Below are positions 8,036 through 15,940 of a DNA stretch of 27,119 nucleotides, in pieces. The position numbers and the translations under genes are program-made. The DNA comes from Chthoniobacteraceae bacterium (GTDB lineage: Bacteria; Verrucomicrobiota; Verrucomicrobiia; Chthoniobacterales; Chthoniobacteraceae), in the NCBI GenBank assembly GCA_036388395.1, contig DASVRY010000468.1, forward strand, positions 1-27,119, read 5' to 3'. Within the stretch, counting starts at the first letter, position 1. Every line of letters begins with the position of its first letter. The notes beneath the pieces were generated by a model. It was not told where the DNA came from. It did not search any database and saw only the letters and a program-made list of their open reading frames with translations.

Positions 8036-8572
8036 ATGCTGCCGCCTGAAACCTCCTCGCCCGCATCGCGCCTCTGCACAGCGTGCGGCCTTTGCTGCAA
8101 TGGTGGCATCTTTCACACGGTGCGCTTGCAGCCAGGCGACTCTCCGCAGGAGCTCGCCGCCCTCGGGCTGAAGCTCAAGCGCAAACATGGCCACCAGTGC
8201 ATTCTTCAGCCCTGCCCTGCGCACCGGGATTCGCGCTGCTCGATCTACGAGTCCCGGCCCGAGCGCTGCCGGCTTTTCGAGTGCCGGCAATTACAACGTG
8301 TGACGGCAAGGGAGATAACGGAAGCGATGGCCTTGGAGAAAATCCAGGAAGTGCAGCAGCGTGTAGCGGAACTTGACGCTCTTTCTCGCCGCCCGGATGG
8401 CACTCTGCGGAAAGGGCCTCTCTCGAAGCGATGCGAGACAGCACTCGCGGAGCCCTTTGATGCAACGACGCACCCTCAACTGATCGAGCAGCGGGAAGCA
8501 CTGGCGCGGGGGTTGGCGGAGCTGGACGCTATCCTCGATGAGGATTTCCGCGTGCCGCGCGCACAGCACTGA
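8036..8572 (+). CDS. YkgJ-family Cys-cluster (Zn/Fe-chelating) protein
   Basis: CTACGLCCNG, QPCP, CSIYESRPERCRLFEC motifs; start at ATG 8036 inferred. Confidence 0.85.
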   Translation: MLPPETSSPASRLCTACGLCCNGGIFHTVRLQPGDSPQELAALGLKLKRKHGHQCILQPCPAHRDSRCSIYESRPERCRLFECRQLQRVTAREITEAMALEKIQEVQQRVAELDALSRRPDGTLRKGPLSKRCETALAEPFDATTHPQLIEQREALARGLAELDAILDEDFRVPRAQH

Positions 8573-8591
8573 GGGTTCTCAAAGTTCGATC

Positions 8592-8951
8592 CTACTCTTC
8601 GACTACGCGGTCGCCCTTCTTCGGCTCACCGTGCGTGATGTCGGCGATGATGAAGGGACGTTTGCGCACGTCGCTGACGGTGAGCTTACCGGACTCGGCC
8701 GCGCCAGTTACGCTGCGTAACTTCGCTCCCGTGGTCAGGTCGGGCAGCATTCCAGTGTCGATGAGAACGAATCGCTCATCTTCATCGACCAGAGTGATCG
8801 TCCCGATGAAGCGCGGCAGTGTCGCCCGCGGTGCGCTGTCCTTTTCGCGTTTGGTTCGTTTCCAAGGGAGCAAGGCGCAGCCAGTGGAAAGCGTCGTGAG
8901 CAGGGCGAGCGCGATGACTCGCGAAAAGACACCGGAAGAGAGAAAAGGCAT
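8592..8951 (-). CDS. Hypothetical protein, probable lipoprotein (119 aa)
   Basis: From ATG 8951: hydrophobic leader ending LSTGC, basic segment, then a beta-rich domain FIGTITLVDEDERFVLIDTG...GDRV. The ORF-track extension to 9065 overlaps the tRNA. Confidence 0.7.
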   Translation of the reverse strand: MPFLSSGVFSRVIALALLTTLSTGCALLPWKRTKREKDSAPRATLPRFIGTITLVDEDERFVLIDTGMLPDLTTGAKLRSVTGAAESGKLTVSDVRKRPFIIADITHGEPKKGDRVVEE

Positions 8952-8979
8952 GTCGTCGTTGCTCCGCGAGGAGCAACAG

Positions 8980-9066
8980 CGGTGAGGCAGGGATTCGAAC
9001 CCTGGGTACCCTTGCGAGTACGGGACTTTAGCAAAGTCCTGCTTTCGACCACTCAGCCACCTCACC
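8980..9066 (-). tRNA. tRNA-Ser (anticodon GCT)
   Basis: GGTGAGG/CCTCACC acceptor stem, D-arm GCTGAGTGGTCGAAAGC, anticodon arm GGACT-TTGCTAA-AGTCC, long variable arm GTACTC-GCAA-GGGTAC, T-arm CAGGG-TTCGAAT-CCCTG, discriminator G; CCA not encoded. Confidence 0.97.
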
Positions 9067-9079
9067 GAAAATGGGTCGG

Positions 9080-9109
9080 AATCTAAGCCGATGATTTAGC
9101 GAACGTCAA
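9080..9109 (-). promoter_or_regulatory. Sigma-70 promoter of tRNA-Ser
   Basis: TTGACG (9109-9104), 18-nt spacer, TAGATT (9085-9080), 13 nt before the mature tRNA 5' end. Confidence 0.65.
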
Positions 9110-9181
9110 AGCTTAATCGCGCCCGAGCGCGGGAGTGAGATTTGGAGTTTAGGAACTTCGGAGACCGCCTACACACACAGG

Positions 9182-9373
9182 GTCATCCCGAGCGAAGCCG
9201 AGGGACCCCGCCGCATTACGAGTGATTACGCGAAGCGGCCAAGTGGCGCACGTTCCCGGCCACGGGGGATCAGTTGCGCCGCCCGCATCCTCCCCGGCGC
9301 TGTCTCGCAAAGCCTCGGCTCTTCGACTGCGCTCTAGTCGCTAAAGCTCCCTCCGCTCCGCTCAGAATGACTT
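9182..9373. repeat. Repeat family A element with inverted ends (MITE/REP-doublet-like, about 190 bp)
   Basis: Left arm gtcatcccgagcgaagc (9182-9198) is 14/17 complementary to right arm gctccgctcagaatgac (9355-9371); 9317-9373 is an inverted copy of 6282-6340. Confidence 0.8.
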
Positions 9374-9442
9374 GGGTAGTGAATCTCTCGAGTCGGGCAA
9401 GCGCAGTAGTGGCAATCACCGCTGCCATTCGCCGGAGCCGAG

Positions 9443-11203
9443 CTACTGAGAGGGGCTTGGCGGGAGCGGCGTTGATTTTGCCGCGCCTGATCCAACTTCG
9501 ATCCCACGCTCCCGCGCAAACTGGATCGCTTCAGGCGGTGCATGGAAGGTGTGGCAGCTCTGGCAATCCTCCATCACCCCGCCCTCACGCCGCTGCTTGG
9601 CCGCGAGTTCAGTAGAGCCGGGACGCAACGCGACACCGCCCGCCAGCGGCACAACGGCGTCGACCTGCAGCGGCCGGTGACACTCAGCGCAGAGCTTCTG
9701 CGAAGGCATGAGGATGTCGCTCGTTTCGGTGCTCTCGTGTGCGGCACCGTGGCAGTCGTTGCAGGCCATGTGCTTGTGCGGCACGTGCGTGAACGGACCT
9801 CGATGCACCCAGCGATCGGCGATGTTCACAGGCGAGATCCGCGGCGCGCTGTTCGATTCACCCGCAGTCACTTCATGGCACTTGGCGCACGCCGGGAAGA
9901 AAAGCCCTTTGTTCGTGCGCGGGGTAATCCGCTCCGTCTCGCGCGGTGGATCGCCGGTGAAGAATACGCGCCGCTCGAGCTCTTCGCCGGTGCGCATGCC
10001 GCGTTGATTGAGCTTCTCGAATTGCCGCTTGATGAAGACGCCGAGTTGGAAGCGATCCGCTGTGCCATTCTCCTTCACGTAGTGATCGGCATACTGCGTT
10101 GTAAGGCTGCGCAAAAACGCGCGCACCTTTTCCGGATCGCCGTGCGGAATGGCGACCGAGGGAATGTCGGGATCGAGGTGCAGCGAATGACACTGCTTGC
10201 AGTTCTGCTCGTAGCTAACCCGCTGATAGTAAACGCCGTCTGCACCGGGCTTGTGGCAATCGGCACAATCCATTTTGCGGCCGTTGAGCATCGGAATGTC
10301 ATCCTGCTCGTGGCGCTGGTGGTTGTAGTTCAGCGTTCCCGGATCGCGAGCCTCGGGACGTTCGTAGTCGAAGGGCGGGTGGCCATTCGCATAATGGTCG
10401 AACACGACGGGCTGACCGGTCGGCTTCGGCGGCACGATGAAACGCAAGAGCCCATCACCGAGGTCGCGGTTTTCCGCTTGCTGTGGCACTTGCGGATTGT
10501 CGAGCTTGATCAGCTTCAAGGTGCGTTCGAGCCGGTCGGCGCTGTTGTGGCAACTTGCGCAGGTATCGCTCGCAGGCAGCTTCATCGGGCCGGGTCCCTC
10601 GTGTTCGCGATGGCAGCTGGAGCAGGAGCCCGCATGAACGAGCGACAGTTCTTTGGAGACGGTGAGCAGCCCGAGCGATGCCGCTTGCGGCGCATGGAGC
10701 TGCACCGGATCGTGGCACTTCAGGCACGCCTGATCCATCCGAGTGAGATCAGTCAGAGCGAGGCCTTTCTCGGCCAGTTCGCGGAGACGATCCGAATTGA
10801 GCCCCGCGGCGTGCTCAGTCAGCCCTGTAGCGGTGCTTTTAACTTTGTCCAGCGACGTGAGGCTGACGGTCTTCAGCTCGTCGGAGGAAAGCTGGCGCAC
10901 TTGGGAAAAGGTTTCGCCGATCTTCGAGAAAGGCATGCCATTCAGCGGATCGGTCTGCGCGGCTTCGTGGCAGACTTTGCAGTCGTGCACAAATCGGGCG
11001 TGGTTCGCGGAGAGCGGCCCGGTGTTGAACGCCTCCTGCGTACCCCAATCGCGGAAGGTCAGCACCGCGGCGATACTGCCGAAGACCGCGAGGAGAAAAG
11101 CGAGCAGCCGCAGGCGACGGAGGTAGTGGCCTTTGCGGAAGTAATCGAGGTTGCCCTTGTACTTCTCGGCGACCTGCTTCTGGGTGCGGTTTGGTCCGGC
11201 CAT
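9443..11203 (-). CDS. Membrane-anchored decaheme cytochrome c (c3-like)
   Basis: Single N-terminal TM helix (LLAFLLAVFGSIAAVLTF) and ten CxxCH motifs: CKVCH, CLKCH, CSSCH, CASCH, CADCH, CKQCH, CAKCH, CNDCH, CAECH, CQSCH; His-rich distal-ligand-type motifs (YNHQRH, FTHVPH). Confidence 0.93.
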   Translation of the reverse strand: MAGPNRTQKQVAEKYKGNLDYFRKGHYLRRLRLLAFLLAVFGSIAAVLTFRDWGTQEAFNTGPLSANHARFVHDCKVCHEAAQTDPLNGMPFSKIGETFSQVRQLSSDELKTVSLTSLDKVKSTATGLTEHAAGLNSDRLRELAEKGLALTDLTRMDQACLKCHDPVQLHAPQAASLGLLTVSKELSLVHAGSCSSCHREHEGPGPMKLPASDTCASCHNSADRLERTLKLIKLDNPQVPQQAENRDLGDGLLRFIVPPKPTGQPVVFDHYANGHPPFDYERPEARDPGTLNYNHQRHEQDDIPMLNGRKMDCADCHKPGADGVYYQRVSYEQNCKQCHSLHLDPDIPSVAIPHGDPEKVRAFLRSLTTQYADHYVKENGTADRFQLGVFIKRQFEKLNQRGMRTGEELERRVFFTGDPPRETERITPRTNKGLFFPACAKCHEVTAGESNSAPRISPVNIADRWVHRGPFTHVPHKHMACNDCHGAAHESTETSDILMPSQKLCAECHRPLQVDAVVPLAGGVALRPGSTELAAKQRREGGVMEDCQSCHTFHAPPEAIQFARERGIEVGSGAAKSTPLPPSPSQ

Positions 11204-11206
11204 GAC

Positions 11207-12187
11207 CTATGGAACGATGAGGAAGCTCACCGCGGCCCAAGCGTGCCAGGCGGTCATGATGAGCAATGCGAAGGAGGTCGGCACATGGATGATCAGCCAG
11301 CCGTGGAGCCAGTGGTGCAGGCGCTGTTGCAAATCCATCTGGCGGCGATCGGCACACCATTGGTGCAGCATCTCGACGCGCGGACGCCACTTGTCGGTCA
11401 CGTTGAGCTTGAGCAACCGGAAGAGATCGTCGGCGGTTCGCTGATCCCCCAAGCGGCGGCTGGAGCCCCGGCGGGCGCGCAGATAGGGGAGCGCCTCTTC
11501 ATCGAGAAACTCACCAATGATCGTCGGCGATTCATCTTCTTCGACGGGCGCGACCACCGTGGCAACTGTGGCGACTGCAGCCGCTTCGGCGGCGGGCGCA
11601 GCTTTGGCCCCGGCAGCGGGCGCCGGTGGTTTGCCAGCGTTGCGCAGTTCCTGGCGAAGCGTCAGCGCGGCTTCGAAGAGCTTCTCCCGGATATGCGGGA
11701 TCTGCTCGAAGACGACTTCATTCGGCAGCCTCTCCTTCATCAGCCGAGGCATGAATTGCTGGAGCGCGAGACCGAAGAAGCCGCTGCCCATCACGAACGC
11801 GTAGAGCCACAGGAGCACCGAAGTGTGTGCACCGCCGGATTGAAACCCGCAGTGGAAGAGCACCAGTGGAACGGTGAGGATGGTCAGCCAGATGTGCGCC
11901 CGCAGCCACATCTGGACGTGGCCGATACGCCAGAGCCGCTTCTTTTTTCGGACCCCGAGGGCAGAGGCGAAGAGAAAGATAAGGAAAGCGATCGTGCCGA
12001 AGATCAAACCCAGCGGTGTTCCGCCGAAGGTATTTCGCAGGGGCGGTACCGGCCCGAGCCACGACGGCAGGTCGATCGGGAAGAGCAGTTTATCCGGAAA
12101 GAAATTTGCGAGGTAGAGCAGCGATGCAATCGCGGTCGCGACAAAGGTGAAGATCGCCCAAGGGGCGTGTCGGTGATCGAGTCTCAT
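11207..12187 (-). CDS. Integral membrane protein, probable di-heme cytochrome b / ferric-reductase-like TM subunit
   Basis: About 5 hydrophobic segments; two helices each carry H-X13-H (HIWLTILTVPLVLFH and HVPTSFALLIMTAWH); a soluble helical region precedes the last helix. Confidence 0.75.
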   Translation of the reverse strand: MRLDHRHAPWAIFTFVATAIASLLYLANFFPDKLLFPIDLPSWLGPVPPLRNTFGGTPLGLIFGTIAFLIFLFASALGVRKKKRLWRIGHVQMWLRAHIWLTILTVPLVLFHCGFQSGGAHTSVLLWLYAFVMGSGFFGLALQQFMPRLMKERLPNEVVFEQIPHIREKLFEAALTLRQELRNAGKPPAPAAGAKAAPAAEAAAVATVATVVAPVEEDESPTIIGEFLDEEALPYLRARRGSSRRLGDQRTADDLFRLLKLNVTDKWRPRVEMLHQWCADRRQMDLQQRLHHWLHGWLIIHVPTSFALLIMTAWHAWAAVSFLIVP

Positions 12188-12193
12188 GCCGGG

Positions 12194-14203
12194 CTAGTGC
12201 GTGGTGCGGCTGTCCCGCTTTGGTAGCCAGCTGAAGCGGCTGCCATCTCCCCGCTGGCCGATCTGGCGAGCGAGAAACTCCGTTGGGTCCACTCGCTTTG
12301 CGGCGTCATGCGGACAGGCGTAGACGCAGCTTGGCACGCTGAGCTGTGTGCAAAGGTCGCAGGTCGTTGCCTTGCTGACGCTGACCTTTTTGCGCTCCGT
12401 TTTCTTCGGGGGAGCAGCAGGAGCAGGGGCGGCTGGCTTCGCGGGAGCGGCCGCCGCTGGTTTCGCAGGGGCGGGAGCGGCAGGTTTCTCCGGCGGCTTG
12501 GCGGCCGGAGCTGCCGGGGCTGTGGGAGCTGCAGCGTCACGCAGTTCGGAGACTGGCTGGGGAACGGTGGCGGCCGTCGCGGGCACGGCGGCCGGCGTGT
12601 TTGGGCCGTCGGTCTTCTCGCCCGTAGGATCCACGCGATCGGCGACCTCCGTGACCTTGGCCGCCGGGCCAATCGCGGCAGGCTCTTTCGCAGGTGCGGC
12701 CTTCGTCGCGGGTGCGGCGGCTTTCCCGGCCGCGGGAGCTGCGGCGTTCGCGGGCGCCTCTTTCTTCGCTGCGGCTGGGGCCTTCACCTCCACCTCTTTC
12801 GTCACATCGAAAGAATGCATGTTGATGTTCCCATACGGGCACAGCTCGGCGCATTTGCTGCAGCCGATGCACCAATCTTCGATGATGATCTCGAGGCTCT
12901 CTTTGCGCCGGATCGAGCCGACTGGGCATTGCGTCATGCACAGCGGATCACGGCAGGAGCGGCAGGCGGTCGCCACGAGAAAACGGTCGTAACGCAGGCC
13001 GTCGCGGATGAGCCGCGTCACGCCGTCATGAGCATCGGCGCAGGCATTCACGCAGGCATCGCAACGCGTGCAATTATCCAGATCGATCAGCAGGAGGTTC
13101 TGCGCCTCGAAAAGACCTTGGTCGAGAAACTCATCCAGCTGCAAACCCACAGGCATCTTGCGCTCCTTCCCGGCCTCGATGCGGGCGACCGCCACCTGAT
13201 CGAGCGTTGCTTTGACGATCGGAAAGCGCTCCAGCATGAGCTGAAACGATTCGCGCCCGATCTTCACCAGATCGACCGCGTCGAGGGCGGAACAGGTAGC
13301 ATTGCGCGCCTGATCCCGAAGCAGACCGATCTCGCCGAAAAATTCACCCTTCTTGAGATACGTGCGCACCATTTCGCCACCAGGCATCGCTTGCGCTACG
13401 CGCACCAAACCGCTCCGGATCAGGTAAAAAGCGTCGGCCGAGTCGCCTTGCTTGCAGATGACCTCGCCTTTGTTGCAGGAGACGAGCTCGGCGTTGTCCT
13501 TGAGGTAATTGAAGAACTCCAGATCCAGCGTGGAGAAAAGCGGCACGCTGCGCAGATGGCTGACGAGTGACCGCTCTCGATACTTCTCGTCGAGCTGCTT
13601 CTTGAATGACGTGCCTTTGAAGGTCGGCGCCTTGACCTTGGTGCTCGCCTTCGTCTCCGCATCGATGCTGCGCGTGCCGACGAGCATATCGAGGATCACG
13701 CGGAGCATCTCGACCATCACGCACGGTTCCGTCGCCCGAACGGTCGCGGAGCGCGGCTGGAAAGTGCGGCAGGTCATCTCGCCGAAAAGTTCGCCCGGTC
13801 CGAGTCGCGCAAGCGGCGTGGTCCGCGGCAGATCGACGGAAGCATCGATGGGGATAAAGCCCCGCTCCTCGGTCGCCTGTGCCGTCCCTTTGTCGCTCGC
13901 GAGCGAACTCCGCATCCGTTTGAACAGGGAGAGCAAGCCCGCACCCGGGCTGGTCTTCACGTGGGCAAGCGGGTTCTGGATGTAGATATCCACCTGCCCC
14001 GACACGAGGAAGAAGGCCGTGGAGCCAAACTCCCCTTCCCGGCAGACAATGTCGCCTTCGCGGAACCGCCGGCGCACGGCCGCTCCAGACGCGAATTGGC
14101 GGAGAAGTGCCGAAGGCACTTCCTTTAGCGCGGGAAGGTAACTGATCAGGTCCTCTGTGCTCAGAGGTTCGCCATTGCTCAGCTTGTCTGGGGGTTCATC
14201 CAT
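12194..14203 (-). CDS. Tandem cNMP-binding-domain protein fused to a four-[4Fe-4S] ferredoxin module (NrfC/DmsB-like)
   Basis: Phosphate-binding cassettes FGEMTCRTFQPRSATVRA and FGEIGLLRDQARNATC; Cys motifs CTRCDACVNAC, CRSCRDPLCMTQCP, CIGCSKCAELCP, CDLC...SCVYACP. Start at ATG 14203 (alternative TTG 14236). Confidence 0.92.
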   Translation of the reverse strand: MDEPPDKLSNGEPLSTEDLISYLPALKEVPSALLRQFASGAAVRRRFREGDIVCREGEFGSTAFFLVSGQVDIYIQNPLAHVKTSPGAGLLSLFKRMRSSLASDKGTAQATEERGFIPIDASVDLPRTTPLARLGPGELFGEMTCRTFQPRSATVRATEPCVMVEMLRVILDMLVGTRSIDAETKASTKVKAPTFKGTSFKKQLDEKYRERSLVSHLRSVPLFSTLDLEFFNYLKDNAELVSCNKGEVICKQGDSADAFYLIRSGLVRVAQAMPGGEMVRTYLKKGEFFGEIGLLRDQARNATCSALDAVDLVKIGRESFQLMLERFPIVKATLDQVAVARIEAGKERKMPVGLQLDEFLDQGLFEAQNLLLIDLDNCTRCDACVNACADAHDGVTRLIRDGLRYDRFLVATACRSCRDPLCMTQCPVGSIRRKESLEIIIEDWCIGCSKCAELCPYGNINMHSFDVTKEVEVKAPAAAKKEAPANAAAPAAGKAAAPATKAAPAKEPAAIGPAAKVTEVADRVDPTGEKTDGPNTPAAVPATAATVPQPVSELRDAAAPTAPAAPAAKPPEKPAAPAPAKPAAAAPAKPAAPAPAAPPKKTERKKVSVSKATTCDLCTQLSVPSCVYACPHDAAKRVDPTEFLARQIGQRGDGSRFSWLPKRDSRTTH

Positions 14204-14312
14204 GAAGCAGTCGATGTGTCCGAGGTTTGGGAGCAATTATCCAGCCTGAACTTGCCTGCAGGTTGACTTCTCTCTTCCGCCAGCGAGGGCCGCCTGCCTA
14301 TAAGCAAGCGCC

Positions 14313-15413
14313 GTGGCCTCCCGTCTGCCCCTTATCGCCCTCATTTTTCTTGCCGGCAGCCCTCTTGCGAGCGCGGCCGAACCGGTGAAATTCACCAGTG
14401 CGCCATCGTGTGCATCGTCCGGTTGCCACGGCGGCGGCGAGGGAAAGAATCAGTCGCTCACCTGGCTGCGGAAAGATTTTCATTCCCGTGCCGATGCGAT
14501 TCTGGGGAATGCCCGATCGGCACGCATGGCAGATACTTTGAAGATCCAGGACGCGACAAAGAGCACGCGCTGCACGGTGTGCCATTCGCCACTCGAGGCG
14601 GTGGCCGCGACGCGCTTTGCCGCAGGCGTCACCGTCGATCAGGGCGTCGCCTGCGAGACGTGCCATGGCCCCGCTGAGGAATGGCTGCGCTTCCACACGC
14701 GCCCCGATGTGACGCACGAGCAGCGGGTGGCCGCTGGGATGCGCGAGCTGACACGCTTCGATGCGCGTGCCAATGTCTGTGTGGCCTGCCACTTGAACAT
14801 CGACGAGGAGATCGTTCGCGCTGGCCACCCGGAGATGTTCTTCGAGCTGGACGGTCAGGTGCTCGCCCAGCCCCCGCACTGGATCGATGAAGGCGCATGG
14901 CTCGGCCCACGAGCGTGGTTCGTCGGACAAGCGACGGCACTGCGCGAGATGAGCTGGAAACTCGGGAAAAAACCCGACCCGGCGTTGCTCGCCCGCTGGC
15001 AGGCGCTCGGCTGGTTGCTGCGGGAGAGTGGCGCCGCCTTGCCGGAGAACGGGAGTTTTTCCGCCGTCCAGCAGGCGGCAGATCGTCTCGCCGGAAACGC
15101 TGCGCGGGAGAGTTGGACAAAGGAGAAAACGCTTCAGCTTTTGCGCACCTTTGCGCGGCTCGGCTCGGAGTTCCGCGAGTCCGAGCTCGAGCCAGCACAG
15201 CTCCGCCGGCGCGCAGAGATGATCGTCCTCGGGATCGATCGGCTGTGGGCTGCCCTCAAGACCAACGCCGCCGCGACCTCACCGGCGCTGGATACGGCGC
15301 TGCCAGTACTCGGAGAACTTTCCCGAAAGCAGGCTGCGTTCGATCGAACCGACTTTGCTGCGACGCTGGAACAAATCGAGGTCGCCCTGGAGCGTGGGAT
15401 CGGCGGGATCTAG
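14313..15413 (+). CDS. Secreted tetraheme cytochrome c (c554-like N-terminal domain plus helical C-terminal domain)
   Basis: Signal peptide ending ASA-AEP; heme motifs CASSGCH (CX4CH), CTVCH, CETCHGP, CVACH; GHPEMFFELD...PPHW motif. Confidence 0.88.
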   Translation: MASRLPLIALIFLAGSPLASAAEPVKFTSAPSCASSGCHGGGEGKNQSLTWLRKDFHSRADAILGNARSARMADTLKIQDATKSTRCTVCHSPLEAVAATRFAAGVTVDQGVACETCHGPAEEWLRFHTRPDVTHEQRVAAGMRELTRFDARANVCVACHLNIDEEIVRAGHPEMFFELDGQVLAQPPHWIDEGAWLGPRAWFVGQATALREMSWKLGKKPDPALLARWQALGWLLRESGAALPENGSFSAVQQAADRLAGNAARESWTKEKTLQLLRTFARLGSEFRESELEPAQLRRRAEMIVLGIDRLWAALKTNAAATSPALDTALPVLGELSRKQAAFDRTDFAATLEQIEVALERGIGGI

Positions 15414-15470
15414 GAGCGCGGGCTCCGACGCCCCGCGTTGCCTTGCCCTTCCGGTCTCAGGGCGGCACCT

Positions 15471-15797
15471 ATGATTCAAAGGCGGCCGTTGACTTTGCTT
15501 TTCACGCTCCTCTCGGCGGCTTGCGCTACCGCCGCAGACCCCCTGCAGCCGCTGTCCCACAGCGCGGCGCTACGCATTGTCCGCAACAACGTCCTCCAGG
15601 CACCGAGCTGCACGATCACTGAAGTGCAGATCACCGAGCAGAGCATCGCCGTCCAGTTCATTGGACGTTGGTCCCCCTCCCCCGGGTTTGTTGAGACCGA
15701 TAGAAACGCGCTTCACGTCTCGCGCGATCACTCTGTTTCAGAGCACGCGTGGGCGGGATTAGCGCAGCGCTTCCGCAGCCAACAGGCCAGCGTGTAA
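15471..15797 (+). CDS. Hypothetical secreted protein (108 aa)
   Basis: MIQRRPLTLLFTLLSAACATA-AD resembles a signal peptide; fills the gap 57 nt after the c554-like gene; no family recognised. Confidence 0.45.
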   Translation: MIQRRPLTLLFTLLSAACATAADPLQPLSHSAALRIVRNNVLQAPSCTITEVQITEQSIAVQFIGRWSPSPGFVETDRNALHVSRDHSVSEHAWAGLAQRFRSQQASV

Positions 15798-15940
15798 CCA
15801 TCACGATCACCGCAAACGCCGGGTGGTTTGTGCGGGGAGGTGTCCTCCTGGCACGCTTTCCGACGGACACCTTCAAGGTGACCCCGGCTAGGCGGGAATG
15901 AAGACCAAGGTGGCATTCCCCCGCTCTGCGGGAACGTGAG

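Noticed and set aside
7922-8290. N-terminal extension of the cvfB ORF (403 aa in the track)
   Set aside because: Arg/Ala-rich junk overlapping the divergent YkgJ gene; CvfB similarity begins at ATG 7921.
8980-9066. tRNA-Ser as the attachment site of an integrated island
   Set aside because: No integrase, and I found no duplicate of the tRNA 3' end elsewhere in the window.
9542-12226. 894-aa plus-strand ORF (also 12308-13570, 18709-20196, 16163-17161, 3580-4977, 2543-3652 and many shorter ones)
   Set aside because: Antisense shadow frames of well-supported genes; expected in high-GC DNA with biased codon usage; no recognisable motifs.
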